Positions 43,188 to 53,065 of a DNA stretch of 64,000 bases are shown in pieces (positions within the stretch are counted from its first letter, which is position 1; each line of letters begins with the position of its first letter). The stretch comes from a virus (Duplodnaviria > Caudoviricetes). The stretch spans positions 128,001 to 192,000 of IMG/VR virus record IMGVR_UViG_3300035182_002389; one strand, written 5' to 3'. The notes beneath the pieces are model-generated. The model worked only from the letters and a program-made list of their open reading frames with translations. It was not told the origin of the DNA and made no database searches. Both the position numbers and the translations under genes were made by a program.

Positions 43188-43772
43188 ATGTCGCACTCGC
43201 CCGTTCTCTACTGTGTGTCCTTCCCCAACGCAGCGGCGTTGTCGACGGCGCACGGGCGCTTCAACGACGGCGACTTCGGGTACGTGAAGTCGACGGCGAT
43301 CTACTACACCTACTTCGAGATTCCGCCGGGAGTGCCACCCCCCGGCACCATCTTCAGCGTCGAAGGCGGCGCCTGGGTTCCGTTCTCGGGAGGCGGACCT
43401 CCGCCTCCTGCGACCACCGCCTACGTCGAAGAGTCCTTCACCTGCGACCCATCTGTCCTCGTTCGAGACGTCGTCTTCATCAGCCCGCTCGGCATCGTGG
43501 ATCGAGCCAGCGCCGCGACTCTCGGAACGACCGCCGCCGTCGGCGTGGTGTCTGCAAAACCTGCGGGCAACATCGCCACCGTGCGTTACACCGGCGCGCT
43601 TTCAGGATTCGCAGGGCTAAACCCTGGACAGGTGTACTATCTTGGCGTCAGTCCAGGCGCATTGCTCTCGACCCCAACGGATGCGCCGGGGTACGTTGTT
43701 CAGAAGATCGGCGTCGCTCTCGACGCGATCACCCTCATGATCAGTGTCGGGCCGAACACCACCGTTCTCTGA
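43188..43772 (+). CDS. MSHSPV-module protein with DUF2190-like C-terminal domain
   Basis: N-terminus like 26616; C-terminus PGQVYYLG..PG.L..PGYVVQKIG. Confidence 0.65.
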   Translation: MSHSPVLYCVSFPNAAALSTAHGRFNDGDFGYVKSTAIYYTYFEIPPGVPPPGTIFSVEGGAWVPFSGGGPPPPATTAYVEESFTCDPSVLVRDVVFISPLGIVDRASAATLGTTAAVGVVSAKPAGNIATVRYTGALSGFAGLNPGQVYYLGVSPGALLSTPTDAPGYVVQKIGVALDAITLMISVGPNTTVL

Positions 43773-43787
43773 TCCCACGGAGTTCTC

Positions 43788-44012
43788 ATGGCGCGATTCA
43801 AGTACCTTGGACCGAACCCGCCGCCCAAAGGCGTCGTTTGGGGACCGCTCACCAAGATCGGCCTCATCACCAAGATGCAGGGCGTGGTGAGCTACCTTCC
43901 CGTCCCTCCGAACACCGAGTTCGTGATCGGCGAAGACATCGGGTACGACATCACCGACCAGTTCTCCCTTCAAGCGCTCGACGCCGACCCTCGCTACCAG
44001 CGGATCGTCTGA
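43788..44012 (+). CDS. Small hypothetical structural protein
   Basis: GGAG SD; 74 aa. Confidence 0.65.
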   Translation: MARFKYLGPNPPPKGVVWGPLTKIGLITKMQGVVSYLPVPPNTEFVIGEDIGYDITDQFSLQALDADPRYQRIV

Positions 44013-44040
44013 TTCCGCAGCCGTCTGAAAGGAATCGATC

Positions 44041-46221
44041 ATGTCCGCACAGCTCAAAGCACTCACGATTCAAAGCGGCGTCACCCAGCGCATTGGGTCG
44101 ACGTCCAGCCTCGAAGTCGGCAACGGCATCAACTCGACGTCGGGCAACAACCTCGCCATCACGGGCGGCGCCGCCGCCGACAGCATCAGCATCGGTTCGA
44201 CGACGACCAGCGGATCGATCAGCATCGGCGGAACAGTCACCACCGGCACGATCAACATCGGTGACGCGTCGGTCGCCGGTCTGAACATCAACATCGGCAC
44301 CAACATGGGGGCGCCGGGAACGATCACGATCGGCACCGCAGGCCAAGGCACCGTTCAGTTTCCCGGCGTCGTGAACTTCACGTCGGCGACCGCCTCCCCG
44401 GACGTCTCGTTCACCGGCAACGTGCAGATCGGCAGCAACCCGTACGACGGCGACCAGCTCTCGATCTACTCGCACGTCACGACCAGCATCACGTTCGATG
44501 GTGCGGGCGCGCACAGCGTCCTCCAGTTCGCGAGCGCGACCGGCCAGAACCTCACCTTCGCAGGCGGTCAGGGCACCGCCGGTGCTGGCGGGCAAGCAAT
44601 CTTCGTCGGCGGCGCAGGTACGACCACAGGCGGTCTTGCCTCGGTCACCGGCGGCGCAGGTGCAGGCGGTCTCGGCGGTGGAGCGTCCCTCATCGGCGGC
44701 CTCGGCTCGACCACCGGCGGCGCAGTCACCGTCACCGGCGGCGCCGGCACGGCGACTGCGGGCGGCGCGGTCAACATCACGAGCGGCAACGGCGCCACGG
44801 CAGCCGGCGACGTCACGCTCGGAGTCGGCACCGGCGGCACCGGCACGATCACCATCGGCGGAACCAACCCGACCACGACCACGATCGGTCTGTCGAGCGT
44901 GTCGAGCCTCCTCGACCTGCTCTCGATCATCATCACGCCGACCGTCCACTTCCTCAAGGAAGTCAACCACACGCTCCTCGTCGACCCGTCGACCACGGGC
45001 GGCGCTGCTGGCGGCAACTTCACCTCGCAGGCGGGTGCGGCCGAAGCTGCCGGCGCCGGCACGGGCGGCGTCATCCGCCAAACGGCTGGCGCGGGCGGGG
45101 ATACTGGCATCGGCGGCGCGGCGTTCGTCACTGGCGGCGCCGGCGGCGCAACCAGCGGGGCGGGCGGAGCGGTCACCTTCACAGGCGGCGCTGCCACCAG
45201 CGGCGCGGGCGGGGCTTCGTCCCTCGTCGGCGGCGCAGGCGGCACGGCTGGAGCTGGCGGCGCGACCTTCGTAACTGGAGGTGTCGCAGGCGTCACGGGC
45301 ATCGGCGGCGCAACCAACATCGCCGGCGGACTCGGCGGCGCAACCAGCGGCAACGGCGGCGCGGTCAACCTGACCGGCGGCGCAGCGGCAACGGAAGGCG
45401 TCGGCGGCTTCGTCACCATCGCAGGCGGCGCGGCAGCGACTGCTACCTCGCAGAACGGAGGCAACGTCGCCATCAACGGCGGCGCGCTCGCCGGCGGCGG
45501 CACCAACGGTCTGGTCCTCATCGGCCAGGCGAACACCTCCGCGATCAACCTGTACGCGAACACCACCGCACAGGCAGGCGTCGCTATCGGGGCTACGGGC
45601 ACCGGCTACATCAACCTGCCGAACAACACAGCGCCCAGCACGGTGTTCTTCAGGATTGGTGGGACCGCCGTCGGAACTGGCGCCGCAGGCGCAAATATCA
45701 CGGCTGCGAACTTCGACGTCCTATTCGCGGGCCCGACCTCGGACGCCTCGAACCTCCACACCCACACGAGCCTCTCGGCCGCAGTGACCATCCCGGTCAA
45801 GGCCGGTGAAGCCATCGTTGCCGTCGGCTCGCCGATCTTCACGAAGTTCTCGACGACATCGCGAGGCTTCAACATCGACGAAACCAACAATGTGGGAGCC
45901 CGCGGCGCTGCCGCAGGCAACGCCATTGGTCTCGCAGCGACACTGCCGGCACCGAACGCGGCAGGCAACAACTTCAACGTGCAGGTCGCCGGAGAGCTGA
46001 CCGTTGCCGACGCCGTCTTCGTAACCGCTCCGGTCGCGGCCACGGACACGGGCAACGTCATCTGGGGCGCCAAGACCAGCGGCAAGCTCACCATGGACGT
46101 CTCGGCCTTCGTTGCCGGCGACGTCGTGCAGAAGATGGGCATCCTCGGCGCCAGCCAGGGGCCCGGCACCCCGAACGCCAACGTCGTGGTCGTGCAGATC
46201 GGCGACGTCGTCCTGCTCTGA
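44041..46221 (+). CDS. Gly/Ala/Thr-rich fibre/spike protein with DUF2190-like C-terminus
   Basis: Many GGAGG..GGAV.I.GG repeats; ends GDVVQKMG. Confidence 0.8.
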   Translation: MSAQLKALTIQSGVTQRIGSTSSLEVGNGINSTSGNNLAITGGAAADSISIGSTTTSGSISIGGTVTTGTINIGDASVAGLNINIGTNMGAPGTITIGTAGQGTVQFPGVVNFTSATASPDVSFTGNVQIGSNPYDGDQLSIYSHVTTSITFDGAGAHSVLQFASATGQNLTFAGGQGTAGAGGQAIFVGGAGTTTGGLASVTGGAGAGGLGGGASLIGGLGSTTGGAVTVTGGAGTATAGGAVNITSGNGATAAGDVTLGVGTGGTGTITIGGTNPTTTTIGLSSVSSLLDLLSIIITPTVHFLKEVNHTLLVDPSTTGGAAGGNFTSQAGAAEAAGAGTGGVIRQTAGAGGDTGIGGAAFVTGGAGGATSGAGGAVTFTGGAATSGAGGASSLVGGAGGTAGAGGATFVTGGVAGVTGIGGATNIAGGLGGATSGNGGAVNLTGGAAATEGVGGFVTIAGGAAATATSQNGGNVAINGGALAGGGTNGLVLIGQANTSAINLYANTTAQAGVAIGATGTGYINLPNNTAPSTVFFRIGGTAVGTGAAGANITAANFDVLFAGPTSDASNLHTHTSLSAAVTIPVKAGEAIVAVGSPIFTKFSTTSRGFNIDETNNVGARGAAAGNAIGLAATLPAPNAAGNNFNVQVAGELTVADAVFVTAPVAATDTGNVIWGAKTSGKLTMDVSAFVAGDVVQKMGILGASQGPGTPNANVVVVQIGDVVLL

Positions 46222-46336
46222 TCCGTAGTTCTGACCTGTAGCGGCGATGGGAAATCGGGTATCCTCGCCACGCCCCGCTGTCGAGCCGGGCGTGATGGGG
46301 AACTCGACGAACCATTCGCCGATACAGGAGAACACC

Positions 46337-46702
46337 ATGGCCAAGAAGCCGAAGGCGACCAAGTCGCCCGTGAAGGTCTCGAACGTTCGAGCCTTTCCAT
46401 CGCCGCCCGCAGCCTTCAAGGGCAAGGCGGCGAACGCTACAGTGCCCGCGGAGCTGAAGCTCTCGGACGAGCAGATGAACGAGCTTCGCGCGATGGATCA
46501 GAACATCGCCAAGCTCAAGAACGAACTCGGCCACACGACCATGCAGTCTCGGATCAACGAGGCTCGCCTGATCAACGCTCTCATCGAGGCTCAGAAGAGC
46601 ATCGAGGAGAAGGCTAAGGCGCACGGCGCTTCGCTCGGCATCGATCTGGACAAGGAGCGCTGGAGCCTCGATTTCCAGACGGGCCTCTTCACCAAGTCGT
46701 AG
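46337..46702 (+). CDS. Coiled-coil protein, candidate fibre assembly chaperone
   Basis: Heptads then WSLDFQTGLF; directly after the long fibre; AGGAG SD. Confidence 0.55.
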   Translation: MAKKPKATKSPVKVSNVRAFPSPPAAFKGKAANATVPAELKLSDEQMNELRAMDQNIAKLKNELGHTTMQSRINEARLINALIEAQKSIEEKAKAHGASLGIDLDKERWSLDFQTGLFTKS

Positions 46703-46785
46703 TCGGCGACACCCGGTGGTAGCATGAGGGCGGCGCTCCAGAAGCTTGGGGTGGCCGCCCTCGAAGTTGTTGGGAGCCTTCATCC

Positions 46786-47247
46786 ATGACCACCCGCAAA
46801 GTCCTCGTCGAAGTCAGCGGACTCACGCGAGAGATCGCGGACGCGGACAGCGCAGGCGTCGGCGCAGGGCTCGTGTTCACGAACACGGCCGCACACATCG
46901 ACGCGGCCGGCGGAACGATCAGCTTCACCGACACCAACGGAACCAAGAACCTGAGCGCGATGCCCGTCATGGGCACGATCATCCTCGACTTCGGCGCCTT
47001 CCCAGGATCTTCCAACGCATCCGTCGCCGTTGCGGACGCCGGCATCAAAGCCGGTTCTGTGACAACCGCCCAGATCGAGCCAATCGCAACCGCCGATCAC
47101 TCGGCCGACGAGCACATCGCCGATCCGCCGGCTGTCTACGCAGACAGCGTTGTTGCTGGCGTAGGGTTCACTGTTCGAGGCAGCTACACGCAGCAAGATG
47201 GCGCACGGACTTACGGTAAGTGGACGGTCGCCTGGTCGCGGACGTAG
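46786..47247 (+). CDS. Beta-rich fibre-associated protein
   Basis: ILDFG..GVGFTVRG..GKWTVAW. Confidence 0.65.
   Translation: MTTRKVLVEVSGLTREIADADSAGVGAGLVFTNTAAHIDAAGGTISFTDTNGTKNLSAMPVMGTIILDFGAFPGSSNASVAVADAGIKAGSVTTAQIEPIATADHSADEHIADPPAVYADSVVAGVGFTVRGSYTQQDGARTYGKWTVAWSRT
47208..47222. promoter_or_regulatory. Palindromic motif variant GACTT-ACGGT-AAGTG
   Basis: In the 3' end of 46786, 76 bp before ATG 47299. Confidence 0.55.
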
Positions 47248-47298
47248 CCTTCTTTCCAACGATTTTTCGCCGATCTACGCACGCAAGAGGAAACGAAC

Positions 47299-48798
47299 AT
47301 GGGCCTGCAAATCATCGGAACCTCGGGCATTGGCTACATCGCCGACGTCAACATCGATCAGCAGTTGCAAGTCAACACGCCCATCACCATCACGGGCCTC
47401 GCTGTTGGACGCGGTCCCGGATTTCTTGCGCTGGTATCCGAAAACGATCCGGGCACCATCACGGGCGAGCGCTACCTGCTGCCGCCGGAGACGGATGACG
47501 ACTACCGTCTGCGCGTCGGCGTCGACTCGCTCAAGTTCTTCGAGCCGTGGGCGCAGTCGACCATCAACTCGGGCACGTGGTCGCTCGTGTCGACGACGCT
47601 CCTCACCACCGTGACCGGCGGATACTGCAAGCTCAACAGCTCGGGACTCACGACGGCCAACGGCGTCGCGCGCATCATGACGCTGCGCACGTTTCCGTCC
47701 TACTCGACCTACCCGATCTACGTCACCTTCCAGTTGCAGGTGAACGCTTCGGCCCTCGGCATCCCAAACACGCAATGGGAGGCCGGGCTCTGCCTCAACG
47801 GCACGACTGCAAACACCGCAACACCAACCGACGGCATCTACCTGCGCATGTCGAGCTTGAGCGTGCTTACGCTCGTCTCGAACTTCGCCGGTGCAGAAAC
47901 GACATCGGCACCCATCAACTACGCCGGACTCGCGGTCAACACCAACTACGAAGTCCTCATCACCGTCACCCCGGGCAGCTTGGAGCTGTGGATCAACAAC
48001 GTCCTCTACGCAGAGGTCGCTACACCAACCGCGCTCCCCGACTTCACGCAGTCACTCGCGCTGCCGTTCAACGCTCGTATCTACAACACAGCGACACCGC
48101 CCGCTTCTGCAACGACCCTCGCCATCGGCGCCATCGAGGTCTCTTACGGTGGCATGAACAACGCTGCGAGCTTCCCCGATCGCGTCGCGATGAGTGAGCA
48201 GGGTGGCTATCAGACGCAGTCGGGAACCATTGCTCCTGCACAAACTGCGCAGTGGGCCAACAACGCTGCTCCTGCCACCATCACCCTCGCTTTTCCCGGC
48301 TCCAACACAGCCGCGGCGTACACCACCTTCGGAGGCGCATTCATCGTGGCCGCGCCCGCAGGATCGGAAAACGACGCGCTCCTGTTCGGATTTCAGGTTC
48401 CCGCCAACGCTGCGGGAGCCATGAATCGAAATCTACTCATTCGAGGCGTGCGCATCCGAACCGTCAACATCGGAGCTGCGGTCGCGACGACCGCAACCGT
48501 CTTGCAGTGGGGCATTGCCGTCGGTTCCTCCGTGGTATCTCTCGCCGCCACAAGCGATACGACCACGACGTCCTCGGCAGTCAAAAGCCCGCGTCGCAAA
48601 GCGCTCGGCATGCAGGGCTTCATCGTCGGCGCTGCCATTGGCACCGAAGCTCAGCTCATCGACTGCTACTTCGGCGATTCGCCCCTCTTCGCAGAACCGG
48701 GAAGCTTCGTGCAGATCATGATGCGCATCCCTGTCGGCACTGCGACGGCATCGCAGCTTCTGCGCGGCATCGTCGACATCGACGCGCAGTACGAGTGA
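47299..48798 (+). CDS. Lectin-like beta-sandwich spike protein, paralog A
   Basis: Aligns over its full length with 48829 (GRGPGF..ETDDDYRLR.GVDSL.FFEP..TINSGTWSL..MSEQGGYQTQSG..VDIDAQYE). Confidence 0.75.
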   Translation: MGLQIIGTSGIGYIADVNIDQQLQVNTPITITGLAVGRGPGFLALVSENDPGTITGERYLLPPETDDDYRLRVGVDSLKFFEPWAQSTINSGTWSLVSTTLLTTVTGGYCKLNSSGLTTANGVARIMTLRTFPSYSTYPIYVTFQLQVNASALGIPNTQWEAGLCLNGTTANTATPTDGIYLRMSSLSVLTLVSNFAGAETTSAPINYAGLAVNTNYEVLITVTPGSLELWINNVLYAEVATPTALPDFTQSLALPFNARIYNTATPPASATTLAIGAIEVSYGGMNNAASFPDRVAMSEQGGYQTQSGTIAPAQTAQWANNAAPATITLAFPGSNTAAAYTTFGGAFIVAAPAGSENDALLFGFQVPANAAGAMNRNLLIRGVRIRTVNIGAAVATTATVLQWGIAVGSSVVSLAATSDTTTTSSAVKSPRRKALGMQGFIVGAAIGTEAQLIDCYFGDSPLFAEPGSFVQIMMRIPVGTATASQLLRGIVDIDAQYE

Positions 48799-48828
48799 GG
48801 CGTCGCGGACGACCCGAGGGCTTCATTC

Positions 48829-50337
48829 ATGGCACTAAAAATCACCGGAACGTCGGGATATACTGCCGACATTGATGCAGACGGCCGACTCCTAATCAAC
48901 GGCCCCATTGTTGATTTTGGAGGACCAAGTCCGCTCCTTCCCGGACGTGGTCCGGGATTCTTCGCTATCGCCGCCGAAACCGATCCGGGAGCGTACACCG
49001 CGTCTCGCTTGATACTTGGTTCCGAAACGGACGATGACTACCGCCTGCGAACTGGCGTCGATTCTCTTCAGTTCTTCGAGCCGTTCGCGCTCATCACGAT
49101 CAACAGCGGCACGTGGTCGCTCACGACCTCGAACATGACCGTGGTCGTGGGAAGAGGATCGGCGACGCTCAACAGCAACGCAATCCTCACTTCCGGTTCC
49201 TACGCAGTCCTCAACACCCTGCGAAGCTTCGCGCTCTACAGCTCGTTCGAGACGCGAGTTGTCTTCCAGATGATGATCCAAACGGGCGCCGCCGCAGGAT
49301 CGGCGGCGCCACTCTTCATCGCAAATACCGTCTGGGAGGTCGGACTCTACATCGCCTCGGGCGTCAGTGCCCCGACCGACGGCGTCTTCGTCCGCATGAA
49401 TGATGTGGGACAGATGTCTCTCATCGCGAGCTTCAACGGCACAGAGACTAGCGCAGTCGTTACGACCACGGACATGCTCCCGTTCACCAGCTATCAGTAC
49501 GAAGTCAACATCCTGCCAGAGCACATCGAGTTGTGGATCGATAACGTTCTTCGCGCATCCATTCGCGTGAACGTTCCAGCTCCTTTCACCGTACCGGGCC
49601 CAACCATCTCGCCCGCTCTGCCGTTCACAGCCCGCGTCTACAACAGCGGCGTCGCAACGCAGTTCACAAGGCTCGCTATCGGCCCCATCGAAATCAGCAC
49701 AGGAGCGATGCAAAACTCGACACGATTTTACGATCGTGTCGCGATGAGCGAGCAGGGCGGCTACCAAACGCAGTCTGGCAACACCACGCCCGCGCAAACT
49801 GCGAACTGGACCAACAGCCTCGTTCCGGGCACCGCGGCGCTCGCCAACGCAACAGCCAGCTACACGACCATGGGCGGCGCGTTTCTCTTTGCCGCTATTG
49901 CAGGCGCGGAAACCGACTACTGCCTCTTCGGGTTTCAGGTTCCCGCCGACTCTGTCGGCGGCATGAACCGGGATCTCGTCATCCGAGCCGTGCGCATTCG
50001 GACGGAAGCAACCGGCGGAAACGTCGCCGCAGCCGGGGCTGTTTTTCAGTGGGGCATCGCCGTCGGGTCAAACGCCGTCTCGCTCGCAACCGTGGAGACC
50101 ACCACTACTGCATCCGCCGTCAAAGGGCCGCGCCGCAAGGCGCTCGGGATGCAGGGCTTCCCCGGCTCCTCCGTCATCGGCACCCGAGCACAAATGATCA
50201 ACTCCTTCTTCGGCGATTCGCCGTTGTACTGCGAGTCGGGAGCGTTCGTGCAGATCATTCTCCGCGTCATCGTTGGGACAGTCGGAGGCGGATCGTTGTT
50301 TCGCGGCACCGTCGACATCGACGCGCAGTACGAGTGA
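48829..50337 (+). CDS. Lectin-like beta-sandwich spike protein, paralog B
   Basis: Tandem duplicate of 47299. Confidence 0.75.
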   Translation: MALKITGTSGYTADIDADGRLLINGPIVDFGGPSPLLPGRGPGFFAIAAETDPGAYTASRLILGSETDDDYRLRTGVDSLQFFEPFALITINSGTWSLTTSNMTVVVGRGSATLNSNAILTSGSYAVLNTLRSFALYSSFETRVVFQMMIQTGAAAGSAAPLFIANTVWEVGLYIASGVSAPTDGVFVRMNDVGQMSLIASFNGTETSAVVTTTDMLPFTSYQYEVNILPEHIELWIDNVLRASIRVNVPAPFTVPGPTISPALPFTARVYNSGVATQFTRLAIGPIEISTGAMQNSTRFYDRVAMSEQGGYQTQSGNTTPAQTANWTNSLVPGTAALANATASYTTMGGAFLFAAIAGAETDYCLFGFQVPADSVGGMNRDLVIRAVRIRTEATGGNVAAAGAVFQWGIAVGSNAVSLATVETTTTASAVKGPRRKALGMQGFPGSSVIGTRAQMINSFFGDSPLYCESGAFVQIILRVIVGTVGGGSLFRGTVDIDAQYE

Positions 50338-50393
50338 TCTAAACAGGCATTGCGACCGCGAAACGTTGCGCCCGAACATCGAGGACCAGACCC

Positions 50394-51230
50394 ATGAGCA
50401 AGCAGATCGTCTCGTTCAACGCCAACGTCACCGTCGAGTGCCGCTGGGCCGACTTCAAAGCCACGATCGCGGCCAAGAGCCTGTTCCACCAGTTCGCAGA
50501 GGATGCGGACACGTACACGATCTTCGCCATCGACGGGCAGGTCGCCTACAAGACGATCCTGATCAAGAGCCCGGAGGCGAACGTCTACCCGTTCACGCCC
50601 GACTACGACCAGGCGGCCAACGACGCCGACCTCGCGGACTTCGAGACCAACTTCAAGCCAAGTGCGAACCACGTCCTCGATCCTCGGGCCGCTGACGGGC
50701 GCCTCACCGTGCGCCAGTCAACGGCCAACCGCATGGCGAACTTCAAGCTTCGCGCCGTCTCCTTCACCACGGCAAAGGCCGGCAGCGTCCACAACGTCAG
50801 CCCCATCACCAACAGCGCCTACGGAGATGTGACGCTGACGCTCTACGACGCCGCGGGAAACGCCACCGCCGTCGAAGCGGAGGCGGTCAAGACCGTCGTC
50901 GACTTCGAGCCGACATACGACTACGAAATCATCGGAGGGTTCATCGACCTTCCTTCGGTCTTGAGGGACGGCACGACGAACCAGTGGTTCATCTCCGCGG
51001 TCGGCGTCCCGGACTATCCGCCCGTCTTCTTCGGGCAGGTCGACTTCGTGTCCGAAGTGAACCTCGAAGCCGTCACGAACCAGCGCGTCATCTCGGACGG
51101 TCGAGCGGTCTCCTTCATGCCGTACAACTACGGCGGCAACCCGCACACCAACAGGATGCGCTTCACGATCAAGCATCCGGCCGGCGCGCAGCAGCGCTTC
51201 CAGTGCTACCTCGAACACTTCACGAAGTAA
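50394..51230 (+). CDS. Beta-rich putative virion protein
   Basis: Operon context; KTVVDFEPTYDYEIIGG. Confidence 0.65.
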   Translation: MSKQIVSFNANVTVECRWADFKATIAAKSLFHQFAEDADTYTIFAIDGQVAYKTILIKSPEANVYPFTPDYDQAANDADLADFETNFKPSANHVLDPRAADGRLTVRQSTANRMANFKLRAVSFTTAKAGSVHNVSPITNSAYGDVTLTLYDAAGNATAVEAEAVKTVVDFEPTYDYEIIGGFIDLPSVLRDGTTNQWFISAVGVPDYPPVFFGQVDFVSEVNLEAVTNQRVISDGRAVSFMPYNYGGNPHTNRMRFTIKHPAGAQQRFQCYLEHFTK

Positions 51231-51236
51231 GCTTCC

Positions 51237-51656
51237 ATGGCCCACTTGAACCAGGCCTCGATGCCGCAGGCCGCGTGCGTGCTCGTCTTCGAGCCCACGA
51301 CCCATCGCATCCTTGCGGTCTCTCGCCGGAACGACCCGACCGCCTTCGGGCTGCCTGGCGGAAAGGTCGACCCCGGCGAAACGCCCATTCACGCCGCAAG
51401 GCGCGAGATGCTCGAAGAGACGGGCTTCATCGTCAGGCTCGACCAACACGTCCTGACCGCGGTTTGCTTCGGAGAAGTCCCCCACCTCACGACCACCTAC
51501 CTCGCCACCATCACTGGATGGAACGGGCCATCGAACGAGAGCGGTCGCGTTGCGTGGGTCACGTGGGGCGATCTCTTTCAAGGGCCTTTCCGCGACTACA
51601 ACCGGCAGCTCTACGAGATCGTTCGCAGACTTTTTCCGAACCTTCGGCAAGCGTGA
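51237..51656 (+). CDS. Nudix hydrolase
   Basis: Nudix box GGKVDPGETPIHAARREMLEETG. Confidence 0.9.
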   Translation: MAHLNQASMPQAACVLVFEPTTHRILAVSRRNDPTAFGLPGGKVDPGETPIHAARREMLEETGFIVRLDQHVLTAVCFGEVPHLTTTYLATITGWNGPSNESGRVAWVTWGDLFQGPFRDYNRQLYEIVRRLFPNLRQA

Positions 51657-51663
51657 GGATCGT

Positions 51664-51966
51664 ATGACCTGGCTCTACGGCAAGACGGGCACGTCCTTCT
51701 TCGACGTCTGGTCGATCGTCCACTTCTGCTTTTGGGTATTCGCAGGCTCCGTCGCTTGGGGTGCGAAGGTGCAGAAGTGGTGGGCGCTCGCTGCGGGCGT
51801 CCTCTTCGCGCTCGCGTGGGAGTGCTTCGAGCGATACGCGGAAAAGCGCTGGCCGCAATATTGGCTCCACCCCGAGAGCTGGTGGAACTCGTGGATCAGC
51901 GACATCCTCATGTGCGTCCTCGGCGTCCTCTTCATCTGGGCGCTCCTAGACAGGTACGCGCGGTGA
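51664..51966 (+). CDS. Small multi-pass membrane protein (D.WS..H / WE..E / NS..D motif)
   Basis: Three hydrophobic helices with conserved-looking polar residues. Confidence 0.65.
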   Translation: MTWLYGKTGTSFFDVWSIVHFCFWVFAGSVAWGAKVQKWWALAAGVLFALAWECFERYAEKRWPQYWLHPESWWNSWISDILMCVLGVLFIWALLDRYAR

Positions 51967-52571
51967 CCGTCGAGGCGTGGGCGGACATTGCGGGAAAACC
52001 GAACGACGCCGTCTACGTCGGCTTTTCCACAGTCCCAAGCAACCCTATCTCCAGGATCGTTCGGGCCGTCACTGGATCGGACGCGAGCCACGTCTGGCTC
52101 GTGGTAAGCCTCTTCGGCGTCAGGTGCGTCGTTGAAGCCGGAGATTTCGGATTCTTTCCCTCGATGACCTTCGATCGTTTCAGGAAAAAGAATCAGGTCG
52201 TCGACTTTTTCCCAATCCGGCACGACCTCCGCGCCGGCCTTCATTGGGCGGCAAACCACTTCGGAGAGAAGTACGACTACGGCGGCCTAATCGGCATGGC
52301 GCCCGTCATGCTCGGACGCTTCTTTCACCGACGATGGCGCAACCCGTTCGGCTCGCGTAATGCCCTGTTCTGCTCCGAAGCCATCTCAGAAATCTTCAAG
52401 CGATCCAGGGTGCCCGGCTTCCAGAAGTTTGTTCCAGAGGAAACCACCCCAGAACAGATTCGGACCGTGCTCCGCAACGCCGAGTTTCAGAGGCTCAGCG
52501 AAAGCGTTCGCCAGACTCGCGACAAGTCGAAGGTTTTGGTAGCATCACGAGCTAAGGAGGACCGCACATGA
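51963..52571 (+). CDS. Permuted papain-like amidase/peptidase (YiiX/C92-like)
   Basis: His before Cys: SHVWL ... YDY ... LFCSE; GTG start overlapping the upstream TGA. Confidence 0.75.
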   Translation: MTVEAWADIAGKPNDAVYVGFSTVPSNPISRIVRAVTGSDASHVWLVVSLFGVRCVVEAGDFGFFPSMTFDRFRKKNQVVDFFPIRHDLRAGLHWAANHFGEKYDYGGLIGMAPVMLGRFFHRRWRNPFGSRNALFCSEAISEIFKRSRVPGFQKFVPEETTPEQIRTVLRNAEFQRLSESVRQTRDKSKVLVASRAKEDRT

Positions 52572-52629
52572 TCGGGAAAATGCTCGAATGGCGTTCGGGG
52601 TTGCTGCGTCGCTGCGGCAACGGGTGCAG

Positions 52630-53010
52630 ATGATGGCCGTCGGAGGGGTCCTTGCCGCTTTGCTCCCGTGGGCGCTCGCCGTCTTCGGGCTGACCGTGAT
52701 CATTGCGATCTCGCGCGTCATGCGGCCCCTCCGGCGGCTCTTTCGCCCCGTCGCGCCCGACGGCGTCACCGAGCTGCCCGTTGGCCGCGTCCGCGCGTTC
52801 TTCGGCCATCTCATCCACTGCTGCATGTGCGTTGGAACCTGGGTTGGGTTCGTCTACGCCCTCCTGGGCTTCCAGATCATCCCGGAGCTTCCTCGCCTTG
52901 GCGTCATCCACATTCCCGGGCTCCACTACGCGCTCAACGCGTTCGCCGCAACGGGTGTATGCTGGTGCCTGCACGTGATCCTCACCAGGCTCGGCGCCGA
53001 CAAGCTCTAG
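52630..53010 (+). CDS. DUF1360-like membrane protein
   Basis: TM segments around LIHCCMCVGTWVG; start uncertain (52588 or 52630). Confidence 0.6.
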   Translation: MMAVGGVLAALLPWALAVFGLTVIIAISRVMRPLRRLFRPVAPDGVTELPVGRVRAFFGHLIHCCMCVGTWVGFVYALLGFQIIPELPRLGVIHIPGLHYALNAFAATGVCWCLHVILTRLGADKL

Positions 53011-53065
53011 CCGGTCGTCTGCTCCTCGATCGCGACCGCGGTCGCCCGCCACAAGGAACTCCGCC

